DNA from: an uncultured Alkalitalea sp.
Lineage (GTDB): Bacteria; Bacteroidota; Bacteroidia; Bacteroidales; Marinilabiliaceae
Assembly (NCBI GenBank): GCA_964578485.1
Contig: CAZODA010000012.1
Location: 555-64,554 of the forward strand
DNA: 64,000 nucleotides
Reading direction: 5' to 3'
The translations under genes and the position numbers were made by a program. The notes below the pieces were generated by a model. The model was not told the origin of the DNA. It saw only the letters and a list, made by a program, of their open reading frames with translations, and searched no databases. Shown piece by piece: positions 10,510 through 22,800 of this stretch (the first letter of the stretch is position 1; every line of letters begins with the position of its first letter).

Positions 10510-11874
10510 TTATTTTGTTTGCATTTTTTTTCGTGTCAAGTGAAAAAAATAAGCAAGGACTAATACTATAACACCAATAAAAGGGAAAAATCGGGCTTCT
10601 CCCTCTGATAAAAAAGACTGTTTTATTGCTCCAACAAGAGCAAGGATAGAAAAAATCGGATAAAGAGCCGGCAACCATGGATACCATGAGGCCTTATATG
10701 GTCGCGTTTTGTCAGGATATTTTTTTCTTAATACAAATAATGATAATACGGTAAGTGTTCCTGTAATAAACATTGCAATGCTCGCCATTTCAATAATTGC
10801 GTAAAAGCTTCCTGTAAGTATCAGCGCCGAGGCAAACACTGCCTGGCTCCATAGGGCAATACCCGGTACCTTTCTTTTATTCAATTTTGCAGCACTCCTC
10901 CAGAAGGCACCATCTTTTGCCATGGCATAAGCTACTCTTGAACTTGTAAGTACCGTGGCATTAATAGAAGTGATTATTGCTATGGTAATTGTAATTAGTA
11001 CAAGTTTTGCCATCACAGGTTTATTTAAGGTTCCTGCCATTGCTGTACCGGCATCAACATTTATAAGTGATGCAAGTCCATCAAATCCAAGTGTTGTAAC
11101 AAAGGCTATATTCATAAGGAGATACACAAAAGTTACTACTGCCACAGCCCAAAACATTGCTTTTGGTATATTTTTACCCGGCTGTTTTACTTCTCCTGCC
11201 ACATAAATAATATTCAGCCATCCCGAAAAGGCGAAATTAACAAACAAAAATGCTGTTATAAAGGAGTTTAATGAGAAGGCTTTCATTTTTTCGGGTAATA
11301 GCGACTGATTCAAATCGGGTGCTGCAGTAAATACAGCATATCCTCCCAATAATAACAAAAGTATGACAGGTGTAAGAGTAAAAACGATCTGCATTCCTGT
11401 TGCTACACGTGTTCCGGCATTATTAACGAGAGTAATAACAAAAATCAAAATCACTGCTAAGAGATGAGCTATTGGGATTTGCAGAGTATTTCCTATTGCT
11501 GTCATCAAATCATAATTGATTAAGGCAGAGAGTTGATATTGAAATACAGCAACCGACATTCCTGCTATGGATCCGCCAAAGATAGAAACAAACAACACCC
11601 AACCGGCAGCAAAAGCAACTGAATCGCCATAAGCTTCACGTTGAAAGACATATTCTCCTCCGGCAAAAGGCAGCATAGCACCTAATTCTCCACAAGCAAC
11701 TGATCCTGAAAAGGCAAAAAGACCACCAAACAACCAAATCAATAAAAACAGTAACAATGAGCCTGTTTCTTGTGCAATAGCCGGGGGAAACAAAAAAATA
11801 CCAACTCCGATCATTGAGCCTGCTACAACAGTAAAACCGGCAAAGCGTCCAATTACCCGTGGTGTTTCACTCAT
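10510..11874 (-). CDS. APC-superfamily amino acid permease
   Basis: 454 aa with about 12 hydrophobic segments and glycine-rich TM1 (GVGIFLFP). Confidence 0.85.
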   Translation of the reverse strand: MSETPRVIGRFAGFTVVAGSMIGVGIFLFPPAIAQETGSLLLFLLIWLFGGLFAFSGSVACGELGAMLPFAGGEYVFQREAYGDSVAFAAGWVLFVSIFGGSIAGMSVAVFQYQLSALINYDLMTAIGNTLQIPIAHLLAVILIFVITLVNNAGTRVATGMQIVFTLTPVILLLLLGGYAVFTAAPDLNQSLLPEKMKAFSLNSFITAFLFVNFAFSGWLNIIYVAGEVKQPGKNIPKAMFWAVAVVTFVYLLMNIAFVTTLGFDGLASLINVDAGTAMAGTLNKPVMAKLVLITITIAIITSINATVLTSSRVAYAMAKDGAFWRSAAKLNKRKVPGIALWSQAVFASALILTGSFYAIIEMASIAMFITGTLTVLSLFVLRKKYPDKTRPYKASWYPWLPALYPIFSILALVGAIKQSFLSEGEARFFPFIGVIVLVLAYFFHLTRKKMQTK

Positions 11875-11912
11875 TCTTTCAGGTTTTGGGGATTGTTTCC
11901 TTATAAATCATT

Positions 11913-14108
11913 TTACCGGGCAAACAAAAGCTCACGATATTTTGGTAAGGGCCACATTTCGTTATCCACTATCAACTCAAGTTTATCAATATGGTCCCTG
12001 ATATCGTCTAAAAATGGTCTTACAGTGTTATCATAAAGAACTGCAGCCTTATAGAAATCTTCTTCTTTATTTGCTATTTTGCGTGCTTCTACCATATCCT
12101 GCACTTTATTTTTAATATTTTGAATATGAAAGGATATCGTTTTAATCAAATCCAATCTATCATCAGCCAGTTCATTATAATCTTCAGTTTCACCAAAGAT
12201 ATCTTTTAAGCCCTGAATATTAGCAATCAAGACATTCATATATTTAATGCCGGTAGGAATAATATGATTAAGCGCTATATCGCCCAGAACTCTAGACTCA
12301 ATCTGTATTTTTTTTGTAAACTTCTGCATTTCAACTTCCACACGTGCATCTAATTCCCTTGGGGCAAATACATCATTTTCGGAAAATATTCTTTTTGCAT
12401 TTTCAGTTAAATAAGCCTTTAATGCATCAGGTACGTTAGTAAATATATTCAATCCTCTTCTTCCGGCTTCTTCAACCCATTCGGGACTATAACCATTACC
12501 ATCAAAAAGTATGTTTTTTGTTTCTTTAATATAACGTTTCAATATTTGTAAAATAGCTTCATCCTTTTTAACTCCCTTAGTAATAAGTTCATCCACTTCT
12601 TTTTTAAAAGACTTAAGCTGCTCGGCTACAATAGTATTAAGAACTATGAGTGCTGAAGCACAGTTTGCAGAAGAACCCACTGCTCTGTATTCAAAGCGAT
12701 TTCCTGTAAAAGCAAAAGGAGAAGTACGATTGCGATCGGTATTATCAAGTAAGATTTCAGGTATTTTTCCGATATTTAATTTTATTGAGGTCTTTTCATC
12801 AGGTGTCATTTTCTTGTCCGGCACAGCCTCCTCCAACTCTTCCAACACTCTATTTAATTCATCTCCAAGAAAAACCGATATTATTGATGGTGGTGCCTCA
12901 TTTGCACCGAGTCTCAACATATTGCCGGCTGTTATAACACTTGCCAAAAGCAAATCTTGATTTTCATAAACTGCTTTTACCACATTCATTAAAAATGTAA
13001 GGAATTGCATGTTGGTGCGTGGATTCTTCCCCGGAGATAATACATTAATCCCTGTATTTGTACTTAATGACCAGTTATTATGTTTACCCGATCCATTTAT
13101 AGCTTTAAATGGTTTTTCATGAAAAAGCACTCTGAAATTATGCTTCCGGGCAAGCCTTTTCATCAGATCCATTATCAATTGATTATGATCATTGGCCAAA
13201 TTTGCTTCTTCGAATATAGGAGCAACTTCAAACTGATTTGGTGCAACTTCGTTATGTCTTGTTTTTACGGGTATGCCCAATAAATATGCTTCATGTTCAA
13301 AGTCTTCCATATAAGCAATTACTCGTTCAGGGATACTGCTAAAATAGTGATCCTCTAATTGCTGATCTTTACTGGAAGAGTGCCCCATCAAAGTACGCTC
13401 GGTCAACATTAAATCGGGTCTCGCAGTATAAAGAGCTTCATCTATTAAAAAATATTCTTGTTCCCAACCTAAGTTACATAAGACTTTATTCACATTTTTA
13501 TCAAAATACTGACATACATCAACAGCTGCCTTATCAATCGCACTAAGAGCTTTAAGCAAAGGGGTTTTGTAGTCGAGAGCCTCACCGGTATAAGATATAA
13601 AAATGGTAGGCAGACACAAAGTAGTACCCACTATAAAAGCAGGTGAAGAAACATCCCATGCAGTATAGCCTCTTGCTTCAAAAGTATTGCGCAATCCACC
13701 TGATGGCAGACTGGAAGCATCAGGCTCTTGTTGTACCAATAATTTACCACTGAAGCTTTCAACAACACCACCACCTACATCATTATGTACGATAAAAGCA
13801 TCATGTTTTTCAGCCGTAGCATCTGTCAGGGGATGAAACCAATGAGTATAATGGGTAGCCCCATTTTCAATAGCCCATGCTTTCATTCCAAGGGCAATTT
13901 GATCAGCCATTTTTCGATCGATACGAGTGCCTTTATCTATAGCCTCAATAACATGATTAAAGGCATCGTTTGAAAGGTATTTTCTCATCTTGGCCTTATC
14001 AAACACATTCTGCCCAAAATATTGTGAAGTAACAGGTCCGGGCGTATCAACATACAAGGGCTTTCTTGTATATAATTCCTTTAATGCAATAAATCTTAAT
14101 GTTGCCAT
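11913..14108 (-). CDS. glnN: type III glutamine synthetase
   Basis: 731 aa, the GSIII length class. It has the catalytic block HNEVAPNQFE and an N-terminus of GlnN type (FGQNVFDKAKMRKYL). Confidence 0.92.
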   Translation of the reverse strand: MATLRFIALKELYTRKPLYVDTPGPVTSQYFGQNVFDKAKMRKYLSNDAFNHVIEAIDKGTRIDRKMADQIALGMKAWAIENGATHYTHWFHPLTDATAEKHDAFIVHNDVGGGVVESFSGKLLVQQEPDASSLPSGGLRNTFEARGYTAWDVSSPAFIVGTTLCLPTIFISYTGEALDYKTPLLKALSAIDKAAVDVCQYFDKNVNKVLCNLGWEQEYFLIDEALYTARPDLMLTERTLMGHSSSKDQQLEDHYFSSIPERVIAYMEDFEHEAYLLGIPVKTRHNEVAPNQFEVAPIFEEANLANDHNQLIMDLMKRLARKHNFRVLFHEKPFKAINGSGKHNNWSLSTNTGINVLSPGKNPRTNMQFLTFLMNVVKAVYENQDLLLASVITAGNMLRLGANEAPPSIISVFLGDELNRVLEELEEAVPDKKMTPDEKTSIKLNIGKIPEILLDNTDRNRTSPFAFTGNRFEYRAVGSSANCASALIVLNTIVAEQLKSFKKEVDELITKGVKKDEAILQILKRYIKETKNILFDGNGYSPEWVEEAGRRGLNIFTNVPDALKAYLTENAKRIFSENDVFAPRELDARVEVEMQKFTKKIQIESRVLGDIALNHIIPTGIKYMNVLIANIQGLKDIFGETEDYNELADDRLDLIKTISFHIQNIKNKVQDMVEARKIANKEEDFYKAAVLYDNTVRPFLDDIRDHIDKLELIVDNEMWPLPKYRELLFAR

Positions 14109-14390
14109 TCCTAAAAATATTACAAAACATATTAATTATTGCAAAATTGGCTACTTTTATTTTAAACCCCTATATTTTTAGTGTTAAAAAATATGAAATT
14201 GCTGTTTTATTTTCAAACAACCCCCTTTTTTAGCCTTATTTTTATAAAAAAACAAGTTTTACATTTTAAATCGACACAATTATTGTTCGATTTTTCGCTT
14301 ATCAACAAGGAAAAAAAATCATATTAATAAGAACAGTGGGATTGCTTAACAAAGGCAATTTCTTTTCAAAGAAAAAGTTCAGAATCTAAA

Positions 14391-15101
14391 TCAGGCCATA
14401 TTATGAAAAACATTGGTAACGTCGTCATCTTCTTCAAATTTCTCAAGCAATTTTTCTATTTCAGCAAGTTGTTCTTCTTCCAAATCTTTTGTATCATGAG
14501 GTATTCTTTCAAACTCAGAATTTAAAATCTCAAATTCATTTTCTTCAAGATATTTTTGAAGAGGTCCATAAGATTCAAATTCTCCATATACCATAATTGT
14601 ATCATCTTCAACAAAAACTTCTTGAACACCATAGTCGATCATATCAAATTCAAGTTCTTCAACATCGATATCATCTTTAATTTTAACTTTAAAATTGCAT
14701 TTATGATCAAACATATAATCAACACTGCCGGAAGTTCCAAGTGAGCCATTGTGCTTGTTGAAATAACTACGAATATTTGCTACGGTACGAGTAGGATTAT
14801 CTGTAGCTGTTTCAACAATAATAGCGATGCCATAAGGTCCATAGCCCTCATACACCACTTCTTTATAATTGCTTTGATCTTTAGCTACTGCATTTTTTAT
14901 AGCTCTTTCAACATTATCTTTAGGCATATTCGCAGCCTTAGCATTCTGTATCAGCATTCTAAGCCGGGGATTAGCTTCCGGATCAGGCCCTCCGCTTTTT
15001 ACAGCTATGGAAATTTCTCGACCAAGTTTTGTAAAAGTTTTGGCCATATTACTCCAGCGTTTTAACTTTCGGGTTTTACGGTATTCAAATGCTCGTCCCA
15101 T
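14391..15101 (-). CDS. YebC/PmpR family DNA-binding transcriptional regulator
   Basis: 236 aa. The N-terminus MGRAFEYRKTRKLKRWSNMAKTFTKLGREI is diagnostic of the family. Confidence 0.92.
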   Translation of the reverse strand: MGRAFEYRKTRKLKRWSNMAKTFTKLGREISIAVKSGGPDPEANPRLRMLIQNAKAANMPKDNVERAIKNAVAKDQSNYKEVVYEGYGPYGIAIIVETATDNPTRTVANIRSYFNKHNGSLGTSGSVDYMFDHKCNFKVKIKDDIDVEELEFDMIDYGVQEVFVEDDTIMVYGEFESYGPLQKYLEENEFEILNSEFERIPHDTKDLEEEQLAEIEKLLEKFEEDDDVTNVFHNMA

Positions 15102-15183
15102 TGTATTAACTATTAAAATTTACTTCTTTCAAAAGCAAATTTACAGAAAAATCGCTAAGCTAAGTGTGAGATTTATCTTTTAA

Positions 15184-15235
15184 TAAAAAATTGCCATTCC
15201 CAAACAAGCTATTATCGGTTATTTGTGAATGGCAA
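15184..15235 (-). terminator. long-hairpin intrinsic terminator after gpmI
   Basis: ATTGCCATTC (15190-15199) pairs with GAATGGCAAT (15226-15235). On the minus strand the hairpin is followed by TTTTTT. Confidence 0.5.
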
Positions 15236-15276
15236 TAATATTAAATGAAACTTTTAGTACTTATAATGAAATTATC

Positions 15277-16824
15277 TTACTTCAATTTAATAAGACTTTT
15301 ACCTGTCATTTCTTTTGGTTGCTCAAGGCCCATAACATATAATATTGAAGGAGCAACATCCGACAAGATACCATCTTTAACGGTTCCTTCACGTTCGGTC
15401 ACCCATATGAAGGGAACCGGGTTTAATGAATGTGCAGTATTTGGTGAGCCATCTTCATTAAGGGCATGATCAGCATTACCATGATCTGCAATAACAATAA
15501 CCTCATAATTATTTCTTTTTGCTGCTTCCACTGTTTCTTTCAAGCAATTATCAACATCATTTACTGCTTTAATAATAGCTTCATAAACCCCTGTATGTCC
15601 TACCATATCACCATTAGCAAAATTAAGACAAATAAAATCATGGGCTTTTTTGTCTAATTCTGCTACAACAGCATCCTTTATTTCATAAGCGCTCATTTCG
15701 GGTTTCAGGTCATAAGTTGCCACTTTGGGGCTATTAATAAGTATTCGCGATTCTTGTGCAAACACCTCTTCTCTTCCACCGGAAAAGAAAAAAGTAACAT
15801 GTGCATATTTTTCTGTTTCTGCAATACGTAGTTGAGATAATCCCTTTGTTGATATTATTTCACCCAAGGTATTTGTCACATTATGTTTATCAAACAATAC
15901 GTGCAATCCTTTATAAGTAGCATCATATGGAGTCATTGTACAATAATGCAGGGGAATAGTTTTCATTTCGTATTCAGGCATATCCTGTTGGGTAAGCACT
16001 ACAGTTAACTCTCTTGCTCTATCGTTACGAAAATTAAAGAACACCACAACATCACCTTCCTCTATTGTAGCTATAGCTTTCCCATTTTCATCAACACGAA
16101 CAATAGGTTTAATAAATTCATCTGTAACACCATTATCATACGACTCTTGAATAGCGTTCAACACATTTGTGGTTTCATGTCCTTTTCCATGAACCATCAT
16201 ATCGTAAGCAAGCTTAATTCTTTCCCATCTTTTATCACGGTCCATTGCATAATAGCGTCCGATAACAGAAGCAACCTTGCCGGTATTATTCTTCATATGA
16301 TCGATAAGTTCTTTCAGGAACAATTTACCACTATTCGGATCTGTATCTCTACCATCCATAAAAGCATGCACAAACACATCCTCTATACCATAATCAGATA
16401 CAATATCCGTTAATTTGTATAGATGTTCCTGGCTACTATGGACTCCTCCTTTTGAAACTAAGCCTAAAAAATGTACTTTCTTTTTATTATCACGTGCATA
16501 AGTAAAAGCTTTTACCAGCTCCGGATTTTGCGATATAGAATTATCACGAATAGCAAGATTTATTTTTACAAGATCCTGATAAACAACTCTACCGGCCCCT
16601 ATATTAAGATGTCCGACTTCAGAGTTTCCCATTTGGCCTTCAGGAAGACCGACATTCTCACCGGAGGCTTTTAACTGAGAATGAGGGTAATTTGCTATCA
16701 GGCTGTCAAAATATGGAGTATCACCTTGATAAACAGCATCGGCTACACTTTTATCTCCACATCCCCAACCATCCAAAATTATCAGAATCGCTTTTTTATT
16801 CATAAATATATTATTTGTTTTCAT
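15277..16824 (-). CDS. gpmI: 2,3-bisphosphoglycerate-independent phosphoglycerate mutase
   Basis: 515 aa with [20 protein letters not shown] and ADHGNAD motifs. The true start may be the internal MNKKAIL at 16803. Confidence 0.93.
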   Translation of the reverse strand: MKTNNIFMNKKAILIILDGWGCGDKSVADAVYQGDTPYFDSLIANYPHSQLKASGENVGLPEGQMGNSEVGHLNIGAGRVVYQDLVKINLAIRDNSISQNPELVKAFTYARDNKKKVHFLGLVSKGGVHSSQEHLYKLTDIVSDYGIEDVFVHAFMDGRDTDPNSGKLFLKELIDHMKNNTGKVASVIGRYYAMDRDKRWERIKLAYDMMVHGKGHETTNVLNAIQESYDNGVTDEFIKPIVRVDENGKAIATIEEGDVVVFFNFRNDRARELTVVLTQQDMPEYEMKTIPLHYCTMTPYDATYKGLHVLFDKHNVTNTLGEIISTKGLSQLRIAETEKYAHVTFFFSGGREEVFAQESRILINSPKVATYDLKPEMSAYEIKDAVVAELDKKAHDFICLNFANGDMVGHTGVYEAIIKAVNDVDNCLKETVEAAKRNNYEVIVIADHGNADHALNEDGSPNTAHSLNPVPFIWVTEREGTVKDGILSDVAPSILYVMGLEQPKEMTGKSLIKLK

Positions 16825-17033
16825 TAATGATCAATAAATAATTTGTGTGTCTATAACACTATAAATCAAAGCCCTATATGCTAAAAAACCATGCATTCAT
16901 TATAACTATATGAAAATAATTTTGTTCAAAATTACCTAAAAATTATAGATAAATTAACACTCAAAGTGTTAATACATTCTAAAAAAAACAGAAAGAGACC
17001 AGCTCATAATTTTTTAAGCACCTTAAAATAGAA

Positions 17034-17540
17034 TTGTTAAATTGTTTTTCGGGAGTAAGAGCTCAAAAAAAACATCACCAACTTAAAAAAATGAGCAGAC
17101 TATTATTTTCAAACTTGTCCAAGAAAATACCAAAGGAAGAGCGTTCGTCAGCTATTCACCTTTCTAACAGAGGTTCACAGTATAGCAGTCATGAGTATAT
17201 TAACCTGCTAAAAAGGAATGAGATAAAGGTTAGCGTAGGTGAAATAACTCAGAATAATGCTTATGTAGAAAGGGTTAATGGAATAATAAAAAACGAATAT
17301 TTAAAATATTATGGCATATTCCTAATTTTAAAACTTTAAAACAAAAAAGGCAGTCAATAATTATAATAATAAAAAATTACATCAAGCATTTAAAAATAAA
17401 TGAACGCTTATAGGGTTCAAGGAAAAAACATTAAATTTAAGCACCCAAGAAAGACCAAAGGTGATTATTTATGCCGAAGGTAATTATAAAGTTAAAATGG
17501 CACTTTTACCTGAAAAAAGAAGAGCCTTAGGCTCATAGAT
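17034..17540 (+). pseudogene. decayed IS3-family transposase (rve/DDE integrase core) remnant
   Basis: The ORF fragment ...AIHLSNRGSQYSSHEYINLLKRNEIKVSVGEITQNNAYVERVNGIIKNEYL matches the HSDRGSQY...ERxNGxxKxE core of IS3-type transposases, but the DDE Asp reads N. The C-terminal AVNNYNNKKLHQAFKNK*TLIGF (about 17350-17420) continues in another frame and carries a stop. The N-terminal half is absent. Confidence 0.6.
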
Positions 17541-17660
17541 GTCTGATTGTAATATATAATAAAGAGAGAGATTTAATTAATTACTAATCAAAACGGTCAA
17601 CCCTATTTAGGGAAGATCAAAAATTGTTGAACGTACTTAATATTTAACAAGCAATAAATC

Positions 17661-19749
17661 ATGAAAAAATCAACAGTTAAATTATCCATGCTCTTTGGTT
17701 GTTTAATCTTAGTGACAACATTATTGGCTCAACAAGTATCACCGGAAACGGAAAATTTTGATCGGAAAATAACCCCAAGCTATGACCTAATTACCGGAGG
17801 GATAACACATATTATAATTGAAAACGATCCTTTTAATATGAATTGGATTATCGCTGCTGATGAAACACAATATCATTGGGTCGGGAAATCATACCAATGG
17901 GGATTGGGCAAGTTAGTTATCAACGATGGTGAAAATACCGAGCATATTAAATGGACACAGGCGGAAAAAATCGAAGATAATACGGTTGTTTACAATCTGA
18001 ATTCTAAAATAGAGTTAACTGTTACCAGGCATCATGAGGGGAATGATTTTATAGAAGAATATAACAGAACGAACATTGGAGCTTTCCAACATAGATATAA
18101 ACACCCCTTTCAATGACAATTATCCGGATGCCGCCACCTGTATGACAAACCGCGCACATGCACACATCTGGGCAGGAGGAAATGCTGCATATATTAATGC
18201 GATACGTATGGGAGACATTACTCCTCATATGGGCCTTATGTGCACAGAAGGGGCAATTACAGGATATTCGACCAAAGAAAATGCAAACGAAGGGCGATCC
18301 AATTTACGAGGAGTTATCTGTTTAAATCCGGAGAACAAAAGACTAAAGAAGGGTGAGTCTTATAGAATCGCATGGCGTCTTTTTTCTCACGGAGGGAATG
18401 AAGATTTTTATGCCCGGCTTAAGCAAAAAGGAGGGATAATAGGGCGTAGTTCCAAGTATGTTTATACAATAGGAGAAACCGCCGTAGTAACTTTCAAATC
18501 GGCAGGTGCCTTGAAAGAAGCAAAAATATTTGTCGAAGGCAAGCGGATAAAGTCATCTATTGACGACAACATGGTAACAGGCAGTTTTTTCATTGAAAAC
18601 ACAGGCACTATCACCGTTGAATGTAGGTACGGTGATGGTAAGCATACTACTATCGAGCTGTGGGGGATTTCCGATATTGAAAGCCTAATGAGGAAAAGGG
18701 CGGACTTTATAATCGACAAACAGCAATATGCAGAAAGGGCCAATCCCCGCTATGGAGCTTATCTTCCCTATGATAACGAAACCGGGGAGATTTATCTAAA
18801 CTTCAAAGCAGAAAGAAAAAGAACAGATTTAGATGAGGGTGCGGAACGAGTAGGAATGGGAGTGTTTTTGGCTAAAATGTATCGAAAGAATAAAGACCCA
18901 AAGATAATAGAGTCTTTGATGAAATACGTTCATTTTATACGTTCACAATTACAAAAGGAAAACTATGAAACATGGTCGATAATTGAAAGAAGCGGCCGTC
19001 ACCGTACTTATAATTATCCTTGGGTAGCTGTTTTCTATTTTGAAATGTTCGAAGCCACGGGTGATCGTCAATTTATTTATGACGGCTACCAGACTTTACG
19101 CGCTTTTTACCGTGCATTCGGATCCAATCCCAACACATTCGACACCCCTGTTGAACAAAGTATAACCTTGTTGCGTACGAACGGATTTGAAGAGGAAGCC
19201 GATACCTTATTGTCCGATTTTAAAAAAATGGCCGAAGTGTATATAAAAAACGGGGTGAATATCCCCAAATCGGAGGTAAATTACGAACAAGGCAACCTTG
19301 CCGCTTCCATTATCTTTCTGGAGCAAATGTACCTGTTGACAAAAGATCCAGAATATTTGGAATCTGTAAGTGCATTGATGCCCATTTTGGAAGCATTCAA
19401 CGGCCGGCAGTCCTCTTTCCATCTCAATGATATATCTATCCGTCATTGGGATGGATACTGGTTTGGGAAGTATCGTTATTGGGGCGACACTATGCCGCAC
19501 TACTGGAGTGTTTTAACCGCCGATGCATTTGCCTATTATGCCCGCTGTACGGGGAATCAGGCCTATGCGGATCGGGCAAGAAATATTCTGTTGAACAATC
19601 TGTGTCTTTTTGCGGAAAACGGTAGTGCATCGTGTGCCTATATTTATCCGGATTATGCAAATGGAGAAAAAACAGGGCTCTTCGACCCTATGGCTAATGA
19701 CCAAGATTGGGCTTTGGTTTTTTATTTGAAATGGAGTGATTTATTTTAA
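17661..19749 (+). pseudogene. secreted protein of unrecognised family, first gene of a glycoside-hydrolase operon, split by a +1 frameshift near 18058-18080
   Basis: ORFs 17661-18116 (signal peptide MKKSTVKLSMLFGCLILVTTLLAQQ) and 18076-19749 (opens at TTG) overlap by 41 nt in adjacent frames. Frame B reads through as ...NITERTLELSNIDINTPFND upstream of its nominal start. Together they would give a protein of about 695 aa. Confidence 0.6.
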
Positions 19750-19802
19750 ATCCATCCTATTTCAAGCATATTTGATATATAATAAAATTTGAAGATTTAC
19801 TT

Positions 19803-22800
19803 ATGAAAAAGTCCTTCTTCCTTTCTATTCTATTTGTTTTTTTCGGTATAAAGGATTTAGCTGCTAATCAATTTGAAAAAACGCCCTCTTTCGGGATAGA
19901 AAAATTAAAAGTTGAGTTTGTTGAAGAGCCCTTAGGGATCGACGTGGAAAAACCGCGTTTCAGTTGGAATATGAAATCTGATAATGTGGGTGCCCGTCAA
20001 AAAGCCTATCAAATAGTTGTTACATCCGAGGAAATGAAAGTTGTATGGAATTCCGGGAAAGTAAAAAGCGATATGTCGCTTAATATACAATATGAAGGAA
20101 GTCCTTTAAAACCTCAAACCCGATATTATTGGAAAGTTTTTGTATGGAATGAAAAAAACAAGAAAAACACAGCCGAGTCATGGTTCGAAACAGGGCTTAT
20201 GAATTCGGGATTGTCTGCTTGGAAAGATGCAAAATGGATAGGTTGCAGCGATGACGATTTAGTACTATACTCACATTATTTGCCCGTATTTCGTATTGAT
20301 TATGAATTGGAGCTGGACGAAGAAAGAAAATCAACACGTGCAGGTTTTATATATGGGGCAAATGACAACCGTTTGATGAATAAAAACATGAATATATTTC
20401 AACTTGAATCTAAGAGAGATGAATCCTATCTTATGCTTGAAGTTGATATAGCCCCTATGCTTTCAGGACAAGATGCAATTTTGAATGTTTATCGTGTAGG
20501 CTTTCATCCCGATGACTTAAAAGATAAACCATTTAAAAGTGTCTCCATACCATCCTCTGTAATAAATAAAAACAACAAATATCAAAAGCACCGGATAAGT
20601 TTTACGAATAATCTTGGGCATACCGCCATTGTAATAAATCAGAAAGAAATAATTCGCTTGGGGTTGAACCCCTTGGGACAGGGAGGTGACTTCATAGCTT
20701 TTCCTGTTTTAGGAGATATAGGATTTTACGTTCCTGAGAACCAAAAAGCAGTATTTTCAAATATTGAAATTCGTAACTACCGCAATCCTTCAAATCTTAT
20801 TGTCAAAGAAAAAGGTAGCGTAATTGTTAGCGATGATACGAGTATTTTCGCTACACATAACCCAAGCCGCAATTCCATGCCTATTTTGAGAACAAGGTTC
20901 GAAACCGGCAGCACTATCTCCAAAGCGAGGCTATACGTTACATCACGTGGCATTTATGATTTTTACATAAATGGAAAATTAGTGAATAAAGATTATTTTA
21001 ACCCCGGTTCCACCCAGTATAATAAGACCCATTTGTACCGTACCTTTGATGTTACAGATCTGCTTCGAAGTGGGGAAAATGCGATGGGAGCCGTACTTGG
21101 TGAAGGTTGGTGGAGCGGAGGGGCAACATTTATGGGAGAATACTGGAACTTTTTCGGTGACCGCCAATCTCTTTTGGCGAAATTAGTAATAACATATACC
21201 GATGGAAGAGAAGATGTTATCGTGACACATCCCGACAGTTGGAAATATTATAACGACGGGCCGCTCATTTATGGAAGTTTCTTCCAAGGAGAAGTTTACG
21301 ACGCAACAAAAGAAGCTAAGGTATTAAATTGGAGTAAGTCATCTTATGATGATTTAAGCTGGAAAAGGGCCACAGAGGTTCCCTTAGAAGGTACAAGCAG
21401 TTTTAAAGCAGGAGAATTCAACGATTTGAAACTTATAGGCCAAAGTAGTCCGCCGGTAAAAGCTATAATGGAACTCACAGCACAATCCGTCGAAGAGGTG
21501 CGCCCGGGAGTATTTGTATATGACATGGGACAGAACATGGTAGGAGTTCCCGGTATAAAATTAACGAATGTCGAACCTGGTCAAAGAATTACTCTTCGTT
21601 TTGCAGAAATGAAATATCCTGATCTGCCGGAATACGGTAACAATGTGGGAACTATCCTTCTTGAAAACATTCGGGCAGCCATGTCTCATGAAATTTACAC
21701 GGCCAAAGGGGAGAATGATATGATTCAACCGCGGTTTACCTTCCATGGTTATCGCTTTATAGAAATCACCGGCATTGATGTTCCCCTTCCTTTAGAATCG
21801 GTTAAAGGAATAGTCTTAAGCTCTGTACATGAGTTGGCTTCTTATTATGTAACATCGAATAAAAAGGTCAATAAACTTTGGGAAAATATAACTTGGTCAA
21901 CATATGGGAATTTTCTCTCTATCCCTACTGATTGTCCGCAACGCAACGAGCGTTTAGGCTGGGGAGGGGATATATCTGTATTTGCTCGTGCCTCTACATA
22001 TCTAGCAGATGTTTCCGGCTTCCTTCGCCAACACATGCAAGCAATACGTGACACACAGCAAAAGAACGGAAGATTTCCCGATATCGCTCCAATGGATGTC
22101 GGTTTCGGAGGCATACTTTGGGGGAGTGCAGGAATCACTGTGCCATGGGAGCTTTATCAACAATATAACGATATAGACCTGTTATCCGAACACTATGATG
22201 CAATGAAGCATTATATCCATTACATCCTCAATGAAACTATCGACAAAGAAACCGGGGTAATTGTTCAACAGCGTGCATGGGGTGATTTGGCAGACTGGCT
22301 GAGCCCTGAGGATGGGAAGAATGATAAATCATTGTTATGGGAAGCTTACTTCCTTTATGATTTAGCCATTATGAAAAAAACAGCAACAATATTGGGCAAG
22401 ATGGAAGATGTTGAATGGTTTACTAACATTTTTGACCATAGAAAAGACTTTTTTAACAATACTTATATTCAAAAAGAAAGCGGTAAGACTATTTTTTCCT
22501 CCTTCGACAAGGAAAGAAGGGGAAGATTAATAGATACTCAAACCTCTTACGTTCTACCATTGGTCTTCGATTTGTTAAATGAAGAAGATAAGCAAAAAAT
22601 AATTGCAAATCTTGTCGAAACAATCATTCGGGATCGAAAAGCCGATGACGGTAAAACCTATCCGCCTTATTCGTTAATGACCGGATTTATCGGAACCTCC
22701 TGGATCAATAAAGCCTTGTCGGATAATGGACATTCAGATATCGCATACAGATTATTACAACAAACATCCTATCCATCATGGCTTTATTCGGTTGAGCAGG

